A DNA stretch of 64,000 nt from Asterias rubens (Eukaryota): contig NC_047064.1 in assembly GCF_902459465.1 (NCBI RefSeq), forward strand, positions 2,480,001 to 2,544,000. The letters run 5' to 3'. Shown piece after piece: positions 13,323 through 25,484 of this stretch; positions within the stretch are counted from its first letter, which is position 1, and the number at the start of each line of letters is the position of its first letter. A program made the position numbers and the translations under genes. The notes beneath the pieces were generated by a model. It saw only the letters and a program-made list of their open reading frames with translations, was not told where the DNA came from and did no database searches.

Positions 13323-13698
13323 TTAAAGGGAAGGTACACGTTTGGTATTTACTCAAAACAAATATTAACTGAAAAACTGAATTGGTAGCGAGCATTGGAG
13401 AGCTGTTGATAGTATAAAACATTGTGGGAAACGACTCCCTCTGAAGTGGCACAGATTTTGAAATAGAGGTAATTTCTCACTAAAATAATAAAAGACATCT
13501 AGCTAGAAGTCTTTTATTCCTATCTAAAAGCACACAAATTCGTCCAACAAGGGTGTTTTTTCTTTCATAATTTTCTCCCAACTCTGATGACCAATTGAGC
13601 TCAAATTTCCACAGGTTTGTTATTTTATGCATATGTTGAGATACACCAAGTGAGAACACTGGTCTTTGACAATTACCAATAGTGTACCTTCCCTTTAA
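13323..13698 (+). mobile_element. MITE family A subfamily with AGGGAAGGTACAC termini
   Basis: ttaaagggaaggtacacgtttggta...taccaatagtgtaccttccctttaa around a family-A internal sequence. Confidence 0.85.
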
Positions 13699-14070
13699 GT
13701 ATGTATGTATCATGTATGTGGTGCCCTCTGCAAGGTTCCAATACAACGTACTATTTCCCCATGAAAGTGCCCCTTATTAGAGGAAAATTACTGTGCTCCT
13801 TCAAGAGGGAAGTTCAAGGCATGACATATTACCTAAATAATTATTTACTCGATGTGTTTTTGTTGTTGTCAATATTTCATCAATTTGTTAATCCTTATAA
13901 GTAACTCTCAGGCAGTGGTTTTATAGCTCAAACCTTTCGGAAAAATTTACGAATCAGTAAAGTGCTTGTAATCCAAAATATTAACTGGGCCAGAAACTTT
14001 CTGACAAGACCAGACTCAAAATGAGAAAAAAAACCCTACCTTATCAGATTAAGATAGAAAATGTTTTTAT

Positions 14071-14460
14071 TTAAAGGAACATGTTGCCTTGGATCGGACG
14101 AGTTGTCTTTAAAAAGCGTTTGTAACCGTTTTTTATAAAATCCATGGTTGGAAAGATGTTTGAAAAGTAGAATACAATAATCCACACAAATTTGCCTCAA
14201 AATTGCGTGGTTTTCCTTTTACTTTTCGAACTTAAACGGTCGGCCATTTATGGGAGTCAAAAATTTTACTCCCATAAATGGCCGGCTGTGTTTAGTTGAC
14301 GAGGTTAAAGGAGAAACGGTGCAATTCATAGGCATGTTTGTGTGGATCACTGTATTCTACTTTTACAACATCTGTCTACCCATATGCATTTTATAACAAA
14401 CGGTTACATACGCTTTTTAAAGACCAACTCGACCGATCCAAGGCAACGTGTTCCTTTTAA
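14071..14460. mobile_element. MITE family B (TTAA, AGGAACACGTTGCCTTGGATCGG TIRs; Kolobok-like); also 20356-20717 and 40265-40526
   Basis: Three copies with about 30-bp TIRs (ttaaaggaacatgttgccttggatcggacgagtt / aactcgaccgatccaaggcaacgtgttcc..ttaa). Confidence 0.88.
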
Positions 14461-15999
14461 CATGCACAAAGAGACAAATTTATCTCATTCATCTTATATG
14501 AGTAATACTTAAATAATTAAGAGAATTGAAAGATACTTATCAGAATTGAAAGGCACTTATCAGACTAAACTCTCAGTCAACACTTGAATTTTTTATTTAA
14601 TTCAAATTAAAGTTGCACAGTAAGATATCATTATTCAAAAACACAAGACCACTGGACTTGTCAGGTCATGAGTTCACTGTCACTCACTGGCCTCGGCAAG
14701 CGGTCAAGTGTAACGTTGGAACCGTGATTTTGTTAACGTGCTCAATATTTTTTAGCCTTCAAGAAAGACTCCGTTAGAGTCGCAATGTCAGGCCACAACC
14801 TATTGTTTTGCATACTCAATATACACAATGGTGTATTAAGGATAAAACATAATGGTGTAAAAGGATAAAAGCAGTCATTACAAAAAGCCCAACCCGGTCC
14901 TCTGAGATATCCAGTTTAAGCAGTTAAGAGCAAGCTGCAGTTATGCTCTTTGAAAGATGCAGAAAATGTTTGCAATTTTCAATTTCATGATTGAATTTTT
15001 ATGACCCATTTTAAGACTTGACGCAGAACAAGAAAAACCTTGACAGATGTTGTGTGTCCAATTGAGATTCTCTCGTGGCCGTCCCATGAATAAAATCCCA
15101 TAAGAACCTTTATATTCTTTATTTAATACACCAGTTGGGAATAGTCAAGGAAAGATAAATGGCCATAATTTCTTCTCGATAAGTGCCCTACAAATTTTCC
15201 GTTTGAGTTTGATGACTGTGTTGCCATTCGAAATGTACTTGGAGGAAATGAGAGCAGATGAGACGAGTCGGGATAAATACTTCATCTTTTACTTTTGATT
15301 TCGTCTGGGCATACATCATAAAACTAGATTGAATGTCGCTCAATGATTGCTTTTAAAATACAAAAACTAATTCAAGCCATGTTGGTTTGATGGTATGTTT
15401 GGAATTCCACTTAGAGACTTGAATAGTTTGCCACCCATCAGGATAATTTGATGCTGTTTTCTCAATTGGTGGTACACAGGGAGACGTTCAACTGATTATT
15501 GTTTTCAAAATTGAAACATATTGGGCAGAAAAGTTCTTGCGAGGTTTAAATTTGTTGATGTTTTTATAAGGCAATATTGTGAAAGACCAGTTTTTCACTT
15601 GGTGTATTCTAACACATGCATAAAATGACAAACCTGTGAAAGTTTTGGCTGAATTGGTCATCAAAATTGAAAGAAAATGGAAAGGAAAAAACACTGTTAA
15701 TGCATAGAACTAGATGAAGCAGGTACCGATTTCATCCAGCACTTTTGCAGAGCAAAATATTTGGACTGAACAAATTTTTTTTCACACTGAAAGGTAATAC
15801 TGAGTAGCAAAGGGTGATTTTTTGAGTAGCAAATGACACATTTTGCTCTGTTTTCCAGGGGAAATCGCTTACTGTGAAAGTTGGTTATCATATTTGCTAT
15901 GCATTTTCCATTGTCTTGTTTTAATCAAATCCCTTGTGTGGAATCACAGTGTTGTTTTATACTCTTAGTGGCTTAGGAGCTTTTCTTGAAACTGTTTAA

Positions 16000-16150
16000 A
16001 GCCCGATCCATACTTCCTGCGAATGCGATACAAAATTTGAAGTCAGAAATTCACAACGAATTATTTGCAACAGTTGCGAAACATTCGCCGCAAAGACAGT
16101 AGCGTGACGTCAAAATTCGCTTCGCACTCACAGGAAGTATTAACCGGGCT
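16000..16150. mobile_element. Harbinger-like MITE (AGCCCG...CGGGCT, TWA flanks)
   Basis: Imperfect TIRs agcccgatccatacttcctgcgaatgcg / cgcactcacaggaagtattaaccgggct. Confidence 0.7.
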
Positions 16151-16334
16151 TTACACTGATAAAAATGTTTTTGTTTGTTTTGTATTTTATTGAGTGTTAT
16201 AAATGACCATTAAACACTCATTCACCTTGAACAAAATGGCCATAATATTAGTTTGGTTCAAGTTGGTCTCGGGTCATGGTAGATACTGGACCAGTTAGAT
16301 TTGTAACTGTATATACGCAGAATAATGAAACTAA

Positions 16335-16556
<222 letters not shown>

Positions 16557-18127
16557 TAAATAGTCAAATTAACAGTCCAAATATTTCATATTGCGTCATT
16601 TCCCCAGGCCCAATGGAGGGCTTTTGGGAAGCTATTGTAGGTGGCAGCAGACTTGCCAGATAAATCCATTGTTCAGTAACATGCGCATGCTCAAAACTAT
16701 GTATTAAACCTTTTTGTGCTCAAGTGCTAACCATTGAATGAGGTGCATGCTGGTCTAGCTAGGGATCAAACTTGAGCACTAGCTAGTCCAGCATGCACCT
16801 CATTCAATGCCTACAGCACACGTACCAAGTATTTATTATCTGGTAAGTCTGCTGCCACCTAGCTTTCTAAAGTCTCCCATTGCATAGAGCTGCTTAAGCA
16901 GAAAATCTTGCTGAAACATTTGCTGCTTAGCAACAGCAAGCAGGATACCAGTCACAGTTTGTACATGTGACACAGTATTTTGGCTTGTAACCTTATTCCG
17001 GTAAGCAACATTCTGTTGTGCTTAGCAACTTTTAGTGCTTAAGCAGCTCTATGAAATTGGGCGCTGGTTCTTCTGTAGTGTTTTTTTTCTTGAGGTTACA
17101 GAGCACTCTTATCTTAGCAAAATTTCCCACACAAATTTGCTGAGCTCTGAAGAAAATTTGCTTAGCAAAAGTAGGTTATCGACAGAGTTGTAAATGCAGA
17201 TTACAAATTCTATGGTTTTCTCTTGATGTTTTTCTGTGAAGTTATGAAATATATTTGTTTCAACCTCTCAAATTTTACGTTTTTTATATATTTGTGAATA
17301 TTGATTGGCTCAACTGTGCGCCTAGCGACACGCAAATCGCTCGTTTCGGCTCAATACACTACATTGTAGCATACGTACCTTGGGAGAACCCTAAACATAT
17401 TTCCTATCTTATTTTGTAATTTTTAAAAACCAAGTGAGCCTTTCAAACAGTAACAGCATGTAATGAGATCTTCCGTTTTTGGCCTGGATGGTTTTCCTGA
17501 TTCCAAGTCCTTGAAACTAGATTGTAACAGAGTACATGTAGGTGTTTCCTGGGGCCTGGATTGATCGCTGTGGTTGATGGTTGTGTCTGATCGTTATCCC
17601 GATGTTGTAAAATGACAGTAATTAAAGCTTTGAATCCCCTACGGAACACTGGGTGATGTTATGGGGGGGGGGGGGCGGTTGGACAGGAGTAATTAGAGCC
17701 TGGGACACCTGTGTGATGTATAATGGTCTGCATGTTATTAGAAGTCCGTTTGATTAATTATTGAAGGTGTTTGTATACCTTGGGGATTGTAGATGTCTGT
17801 GAGTACGTCAACTCTTACGTGTTGTGTTTTTCTTTCTCCACACTAATGGGCAAACAATTGTACATTAGGGGGGAAACCTACGGCAAAATTACCAACATTA
17901 AAGGTGAATATTGGCTGATGATGGATATAAGATGTTCTCTCATAAATTAGAAGGAATTCTCACCTGGGCCTAATGTAGTAGACCTGTTTAAGCAAAACAA
18001 TTGTTTGGTTAGCAGAAATGAGCAGGATACCAGTCACAAATTGTACATGTGACATGTCAGTTTAACTGGTAACATTATTCTGGTAATCATAATTTTGTTA
18101 TGCTTAGGTTAGCTACTTTTTGTGCTT

Positions 18128-18508
18128 TAAAGACTCTGGACATCATTGGTAATTACTCAAAATAATTATAAGCACAAAAACTTACTTGGTTACGAGCAAC
18201 AGATAGCTGTTGATATAGTATACCGGTAAAACATGGTTAGAAACGGCTCCCTCTGAAGTAATGTAGTTTTTAAGAGAGAGCTCGTAATTTCTCACTAAAA
18301 TATTTGAATCTGATAAAATACCTAAGGCGTGAGGCCTTTTTTAGGCATCTAAAAGCACACAAATTTGTGCAACAAGGGTGTTTGTTTTTCAATATTCTCT
18401 TGCAACCAATTGAGTCAAAATTTTCTTTTTATGCATTTTTATATGTTGGGATACACCAAGTGAGAATACTGGTCTTTGAACACTACCAAAGGTGTCCGAA
18501 TGCCTAAG
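18128..18508 (+). mobile_element. MITE family A-related copy
   Basis: ttaaagactctggacatcattggtaattactc start plus internal homology; carries a TACCGGTA insertion at 18221. Confidence 0.8.
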
Positions 18509-18519
18509 CAGTTCTATAG

Positions 18520-19230
18520 ATTTGTTGATATTGTAGTGAACAATCTTCTCAATCATCCTCTCCCCAATACCCTGGGTCTGCATCAATTGACACATTATAT
18601 GCTTAGCTACGTTTTGTGCTTAAACAGCTTTTTGAAATTGGGCCCAATTTTATGGCTGGATTATTGACTCTGAACCCTTAGGATGTTGATGTTGTAGTGT
18701 ATGCACATCCCTTCCACCATACCCTAAGCCTGCATCATCAAATTACATTGATTAGCTACTTTTTGTGCCAATGTTTTTGTTAGAAACCTGATAGGAGAAG
18801 ATAGACCCACCTTGTCCTCAAAGATTAACAAAAACAAGCTTCAGTACTTTGGTCACATATCCAGAAGAGAGGGGGACAACCTTGAGAAGATCTTTATGCA
18901 AGGATGTGTTGCAGGTAGTCGCCGACGTGGCCGTCAAAAACTTTGTTGGACAGACGGAATCAAAGAACTCACGGGCTTATCAATAAACGTTGCTTATCGA
19001 TCTGCACTGGATAGACAGAAGTGGAACTACATCATAAACAGGGTCACAAAGGGTCAGCCATGACTCATAGGATGACGACGACGACTTTTTGTGCTTAAAA
19101 ACAGCTTTTTGAAATTGGGCCCAATTTTATGGCGGGATTATTGACTCTGAATCCTTGGGGTGTGGATGTTGTAGTGTATGTACATTCTTCGCGATCATCC
19201 CTTCCACCGTAACCCTGGGTCTGCATCATC
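18520..19230. repeat. Degenerate tandem array of a 170-200-bp unit (about 3 copies) interrupted by the RTE fragment
   Basis: Recurrent ttttgtgcttaa...gaaattgggcccaattttatggc...gatgttgtagtg...ccctgggtctgcatca. Confidence 0.8.
18769..19085 (+). mobile_element. 5'-truncated RTE-clade LINE 3' end with target-site duplication
   Basis: Frame reads NLIGEDRPTLSSKINKNKLQYFGHISRREGDNLEKIFMQGCVAGSRRRGRQKLCWTDGIKELTG (RTE C-terminus), then a gatgacgacgacgac tail. actttttgtgc occurs at both 18758-18768 and 19084-19094. Confidence 0.88.
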
Positions 19231-22200
19231 AACACAATATTGACACACCTTGGCTCACTTCCCTTCTGATTCAAACTGCCTCCTAGGAGTGTAGAATACA
19301 CAATCCCCAGCCGCCTCGTGTTGAATCAATTGTAATCTTACCCCTGAGAGAATAGCAGACGGCCAGGGACTGGAGCATAGAGAGAAGGGTCCCGCTACCA
19401 ATCCGCTATGGTGAGGTGTTTGCTCATGCAGGCAGTGACCCCCCCTCAAGTATTCCCCAACAAGTTATCTCAGTGTGTATGACCTACAGGATGTTTCCCC
19501 CAACGCCTGGACTTACCCGGTGGAATTTGTGTTTTAGTTGATTAATTAATTTTTGATTAAACTCCCTGTGTGGACAGGTGTGAGGTATTAATGCGGAGAA
19601 GAGAAGGATGAATTCCTCTACTGAGGTGTGTTTAGGGGAGGGAGAGGGGGGGGAGATGCACTCATGCACCCTTGGCTCTCTGCATCAGGACCCAATTTCA
19701 TAAAGCTGTTGCGCAGAAAATACTGCTTGACAAATTTCTCTGCTAAGCAAAAATTGAGTCCGGCACCAGCCACAACTATGCAAATATAATGTAATTTGGG
19801 CCTAATTTGTTTCTGCTAAGCAATTCTTTTATATGCTTACACGCTTTTTTGTGTGCTTACATGCTCTATGGATTTGGGCCCAGTTGTGGATTGATGCCAG
19901 ACTCGTTCTATGATAGTTAGTGATTAGGTACCAGTCTCCCATGGGTTGGCTTGTCAGGTCCCAAGCAGGCTGATTCTCTAATATATTTTTCTAAAATGAG
20001 ATAATGATTTGTTCCACGGTGTGAAATATCTCCCTCTTGAAGGATGACTGCATTGTTGGCATTGATGGCATTTAAAGATCTCCATGGTATGGCCCTCATA
20101 TTGCCTGGTTCCCTTCAACAGTGTATAGACTCTTTGCATTTGACGTCACAAGCCCAAAACACAGCATTTTCCCTCCGGTAAGAGGCCCGAGGAAAATGTG
20201 AATTTGTACAAGAACCTTGCACAGGGCACCACAGCAAAAGCACAGGGCACCACGGCAATTGCTGTGAGTGCTGTGAGTTATTTCAAGGCCTGCCCCTGTG
20301 TCATTTTCCAGATCTCTTTGGTTAAAGTTCTTGGTTTGAATGCGTACATGATAGATTAAAGGGACATGTTGCTTTGGATCGGACGAGTTGGTCGATAAAA
20401 AGCGTTTGTAACCGTTTGTTATAAAATGCATATGGGTAGAAATATGATATAAAAGAGGAATACAATGATCCACACAAATTCGCCTCAAAATTGCGTGGTT
20501 TGAATTTTACATCGTCGACCAACACGGTCAGCCATTTATTTGACTCCCAAAAATGGCCGACCGTGTTAGTTCACAAAGTAAAAGGAAAACAATTTTGAGG
20601 CATATTTGTGTAGATCATTGTATTCTACTTTTACAACATCTTTCTAACCATATGCATTTTATAACAAACGATTTTTAAAGACCAACTCGTCCTATCCAAG
20701 GCAACGTGTCACTTTAACTATGCCAACCTGCAATGCATACTGGTACACACTAAAAGGTATGCATTGCAGGTTGCCATAGTTAATCTATCATTTAAAAAGC
20801 AGGCCTGGAAATACGCGGAGGCCCTGGAGGCAATGGAGGCCACAAAGGCCCTCTGTTGCCCTTGGTCTTGGCCTTGGTGCCCTTTCAATTTTTTTTCAGA
20901 TAGGCTTTATGAATTTTCAATAGAAGTGCCCTTTTTCAAAATGAAATTGGCCCTGCCCTTCCAAAGATGGCCTGAAAGGGTGAATCCCAGTTCACTGACA
21001 TCATGTAATACCAGTGTGGCCGGTACCCAGGGGGATTGACTTGACTGTTGCTCCGAACTATGACCACGTACGTTTAACAAATTCGCGCTTGACTGCCCTC
21101 AATAATTTCAATTTAATTAAAGTCTTTTAATGTCCCCAGATGTATAGTAATATATGTCGTTTGTTTGAACTTGCTCACTTGCTTGCATGCTTTATCGAGG
21201 TTATTGAGCTCCTGCCATGTGCTTTGGGAACAATTCAACACTTAAACTATATCAGCAGTACTGGTCCCTCATTGGTCCTTTCTCTTTGCTCTGATTGGCC
21301 AGTTGTTGTCTATTATTCTTCATCTAAAGGTCAAATTAACAATTAGTAAAGAAATGCCCCGGCCCAATTTCAATCATAGAGCTGCTTTAAACGCACAAAA
21401 ATAAAAGCACAAACTAAATTTTGCTTACATGAATGAGGTCATACCAAAACCAGTCTGAAAAAATTGTCAAAACTGAAGAAATAGCATCTAAAAAAAAACC
21501 TGCAATCACCTTTTGTAGAACTTTTATTAAAAAAGAAACATTAACGTTAAATGACTTTATCGATGACGTCATCATCCCCAAAAAGTTGCATTTTAATCTA
21601 TACCCCATAGAAAATTCTGTTTGACCTTTACTTTTTGCGAAAATTGCGAGAGAAGATTTAGGGATAAAACCCTAAACAGATACTTGTTTTTTTGCTGTTG
21701 GCTGAACATCAAAACAAAATAATTTAAAACGTAAGTTAAGTTCTAGAGACCATAGGCTGAATTTTCATGATATTCACCTAAATTACCTTGACATTTATTT
21801 GTATTTTTTTTACGATTCTTTAGTGGATTTGTCTTTAAAAAAAATTCCAGGAAAAGGACCTTGTCCTTTTAGGAACAAAATTCCATGCTAGAAATAATTG
21901 CTGCATAAATGATTATCTACCCCCCCCCCACCCCCAGTTAACTTTCCTTGTATGATTAAATGCATGGCTCATTTAACCTTTTACTTAATTGTCCTGCGCT
22001 AGAAAAGAAAATAATTGCAAAGTGTAGGTTTATTGTTTAATATTACTGTAACAAAAAATAAAAACCAGAGGAAATCACCATAATGAGAGTATCTTGATAA
22101 TGAGATTAAGTTTGGATCTATTCCTAGTACTTTTTTTTGCAATACAACATTGACTTCATTATTTCCCCTCTTTAATTATTCCTTTTTTAATAAATATGGC

Positions 22201-22449
22201 AAACTGCTGCACTTTTGCAATTTGCTTGATTTATCTGTATGGACAAACTAAATCCTTCTTATTCCTGTTCCAATTCTGTGGTTACCTTTGTTAGTCCATC
22301 GTGACAACAAATGTGCAAGTCTCCTTGAAAATATAGATACTCGTAGCAATAACTACAATTTCAATTTTTATGTATAACTTCTTTAAATTTGATCTAAAAC
22401 AAAAATTAAAACTTGGAAGGAGGAGTCATTATCCATACAACCGAAAATG

Positions 22450-23990
22450 TCCTTCTGCTTCCCAGGTTTTATCTTAAACATGGGTGTGATCCCTGGCTAT
22501 ACGGCAGTTACAGGTTGTATGGCTTCTGACTGGCACCCCAAACATGGGTGTGATCCCTGGCTATACGGCAGTTACAGGTTGTATGGCTTCTGACTGGCAC
22601 CCCAAACATGGGTGTGATCCCTGGCTAAAGGACAGTTACAGGTTGTATGGCTTCTGACTGGCACCCCAAACATGGGTGTGATCCCTGGCTATACGGCAGT
22701 TACAGGTTGTATGGCTTCTGACTGGCACCCCAAACATGGGTGTGATCCCTGGCTATACGGCAGTTACAGGTTGTATGGCTTCTGACTGGCACCCCAAACA
22801 TGGGTGTGATCCCTGGCTAAAGGACAGTTACAGGTTGTATGGCTTCTGACTGGCACCCCAAACATGGGTGTGATCCCTGGCTATACGGCAGTTACAGGTT
22901 GTATGGCTTCTGACTGGCACCCCAAACATGGGTGTGATCCCTGGCTATACGGCAGTTACAGGTTGTATGGCTTCTGACTGGCACCCCAAACATGGGTGTG
23001 ATCCCTGGCTATAGGACAGTTACAGGTTGTATGGCTTCTGACTGGCACCCCAAACATGGGTGTGATCCCTGGCTATACGGCAGTTACAGGTTGTATGGCT
23101 TCTGACTGGCACCCCAAACATGGGTGTGATCCCTGGCTATACGGCAGTTACAGGTTGTATGGCTTCTGACTGGCACCCCAAACATGGGTGTGATCCCTGG
23201 CTATACGGCAGTTACAGGTTGAATGGCTTCTGACTGGCACCCCAAACATGGGTGTGATCCCTGGCTATACGGCAGTTACAGGTTGTATGGCTTCTGACTG
23301 GCACCCCAAACATGGGTGTGATCCCTGGCTATACGGCAGTTACAGGTTGTATGGCTTCTGACTGGCACCCCAAACATGGGTGTGATCCCTGGCTATACGG
23401 CAGTTACAGGTTGTATGGCTTCTGACTGGCACCCCAAACATGGGTGTGATCCCTGGCTATAGGACAGTTACAGGTTGTATGGCTTCTGACTGGCACCCCA
23501 AACATGGGTGTGATCCCTGGCTATAGGACAGTTACAGGTTGTATGGCTTCTGACTGGCACCCCAAACATGGGTGTGATCCCTGGCTATACGGCAGTTACA
23601 GGTTGTATGGCTTCTGACTGGCACCCCCAAAACATGGGTGTGATCCCTGGCTAAAGGACAGTTACAGGTTGTATGGCTTCTGACTGGCACCCCAAACATG
23701 GGTGTGATCCCTGGCTATACGGCAGTTACAGGTTGTATGGCTTCTGACTGGCACCCCCAAAACATGGGTGTGATCCCTGGCTATACGGCAGTTACAGGTT
23801 GTATGGCTTCTGACTGGCACCCCAAACAAAGATATTTAACAAAATAGGGAGAACAATAGGGAGACTGCCAACAAAGGGCTACATGCACATAGCTCAGTTG
23901 GTAGAGCACCAGCACATTAATCTGGAGGTCATACATGTAGCTTCAAGTCCAGATATAAAAAATGTTTCCTTGTTCAACCCAAAACTGTTC
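22450..23990 (+). repeat. Family P2 copy (internal tRNA-like promoter) hosting the 64-bp minisatellite; other copies about 5222-5300, 6555-6810, 30150-30335, 52295-52430
   Basis: Shared blocks cttcccaggtt, gggagac(t/c)gccaaca, ggctagatagctcagttggtagagc, ttgttcaaccc. Confidence 0.75.
22476..23827. repeat. 64-bp minisatellite, 21 tandem copies
   Basis: Unit aaacatgggtgtgatccctggctatacggcagttacaggttgtatggcttctgactggcacccc; 21 x 64 plus two 2-bp insertions accounts exactly for 22476-23823. Confidence 0.98.
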
Positions 23991-24019
23991 AAATATAATT
24001 TTAAAAAAGTAACTTGAAT

Positions 24020-24640
24020 GTTAACTTAACTTAACTTGAACTTGACTTAAATGCATTCAAAGCGCTGTACAGTCAAGAAAAACATTAAAATGCAGGATTA
24101 AAAAACATGTGTAAAAATAGCAATGTGGTTTAAAAAAAATACACAACAGTTAAAAAAGTAGCAAAAATTTAGTAAAAACATTGCATTACAAACAGACATA
24201 TTATACAGAATAAAATACAAAATAATAAGCGTCAAGCGGACCCTAAAAATCTACAAGTCTTGAAGTTGGAGGCGTGACCTCTCTCAAGATTGACTTCCCG
24301 GGCCACAAGTGAGCGATGAGATCTTTGTCCGCAATCTGATGTGCCTTTTGAGTGAAATAAGCAGGGAATTTGACATTTGGGAATGGTGGTGAGTGGTCCG
24401 CTGATTAATGCGTCGTCAGTGCTGTCCTGTGAACCCCCAGCTTCTACCACGAAATAAAAATGACAAGGAGATCGTGTTAAAAAGAGCCGTGTTGCTTGAG
24501 TGCTATTCAAAGTCCATGAATCATACCCCGATCCGACAGCCCAGAAAAACGTGTCGGCTCTCTTCCCACTCTTCAGTCAGTAAATTTATCGTCTTTAGAT
24601 CAGCAAAGACCTGTCCAATGCCTTGAGATGCTTTCTTAGT
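24020..24640 (-). mobile_element. Degenerate LINE 3' end (L2/CR1-like) with short-repeat tail
   Basis: (ttaac)n tail and aatgcattcaaagcgctgtacag at 24020-24075, T-rich UTR on the minus strand, then decayed coding-like sequence (GQRS...NFKTC). Confidence 0.5.
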
Positions 24641-25088
24641 TTCTTGGGGAGCAGAACAAAACGTGTATAAAAATTTCAGGCATGTTCGGAGAAAAGGTTA
24701 ATGATGGTAGAACAAAAATAAGCAAATAGTGACAGGAGCTCATTTGGCATACAAATGTTGGTAGTTAGTTATGGATATCAAATATCAAATGTAATAGTTT
24801 GATATTAGTTTATGATGAGATCTGTCTAGAGCCTCAATGTTATTTTGATTTATTGAGGGATTTTTAAAACCTGTTTCTTTTTGAGAAATTTCAGGCATGT
24901 TAAAAGACAAACTTTGTGATCCTGTAAAAATAAACGGGATTGTGACAGGAATTTTCTCACTTTTCATATCAAGGTTGCGTTTATTATTGCGGATATAGTT
25001 AAATATACGGCAAGTCAGTACTGCTGAGTTTGTTACTTTGATTCTGTTTTTGAAGAGTTTAGCTCTGGGCCCAATTTTATAGAGCTGC

Positions 25089-25484
25089 TTAAAGGCAGTG
25101 GACACTATTGGTAATTACTCAAAATAATTATTAGCATAAAACCTTACTTGGTAACGAGTAATGGTGAGAGGTTGATAGTATAAAACATTGTGAGAAACGG
25201 CTCCCTCTGAAGTGACGTAGTTTTCAAGGAAAAAGTATTTTTCCACGAATTTGATTTTGAGACCTCAGATTTAGAACTTGAGGTCTCAAAATCAAGCATC
25301 TGAAAGCCATAACTTTGTGTGACCATGGTGCGACAAAGGTGCTTTTTCTTTCAGTAATATCTCGCAACTTTGATGACTGATTGAGCTCAAATTTTCACAG
25401 GTTTGTTATTTTATGCATATGTTGAGATACACCAATTGTGAAGACAAGTCTTTGACAATTACCAATAGTGTCCAGTGTCTTTAA
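25089..25484 (+). mobile_element. MITE family A (about 390 bp, TTAA TSD, AGGCAGTGGACAC-type TIRs; Kolobok-like), representative copy
   Basis: ttaaaggcagtggacactattggtaatt...aattaccaatagtgtccagtgtctttaa. Removing it plus one TTAA restores gagctgcTTAAgcagaaaat, as seen at about 16886-16906. Confidence 0.9.

Noticed and set aside
22476-22603. Possible ribozyme or pseudoknot in the 64-bp unit (GCTATAC/GTATGGC stem, CAGTTA/TGACTG, GCACCC/GGGTGT)
   Set aside because: Pairings are short and rely on G-U; no hammerhead, HDV or twister core was recognisable, and variants B and C disrupt the stem without compensation.
22476-23827. CRISPR-like regular array
   Set aside because: Units are contiguous with no unique spacers, there are no cas genes, the context is a eukaryotic intron, and the monomer derives from a dispersed repeat.
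23888-23952. tRNA gene
   Set aside because: A and B boxes are present, but there is no acceptor stem, the T-arm is disrupted by an insertion, and it lies within repeat family P2.
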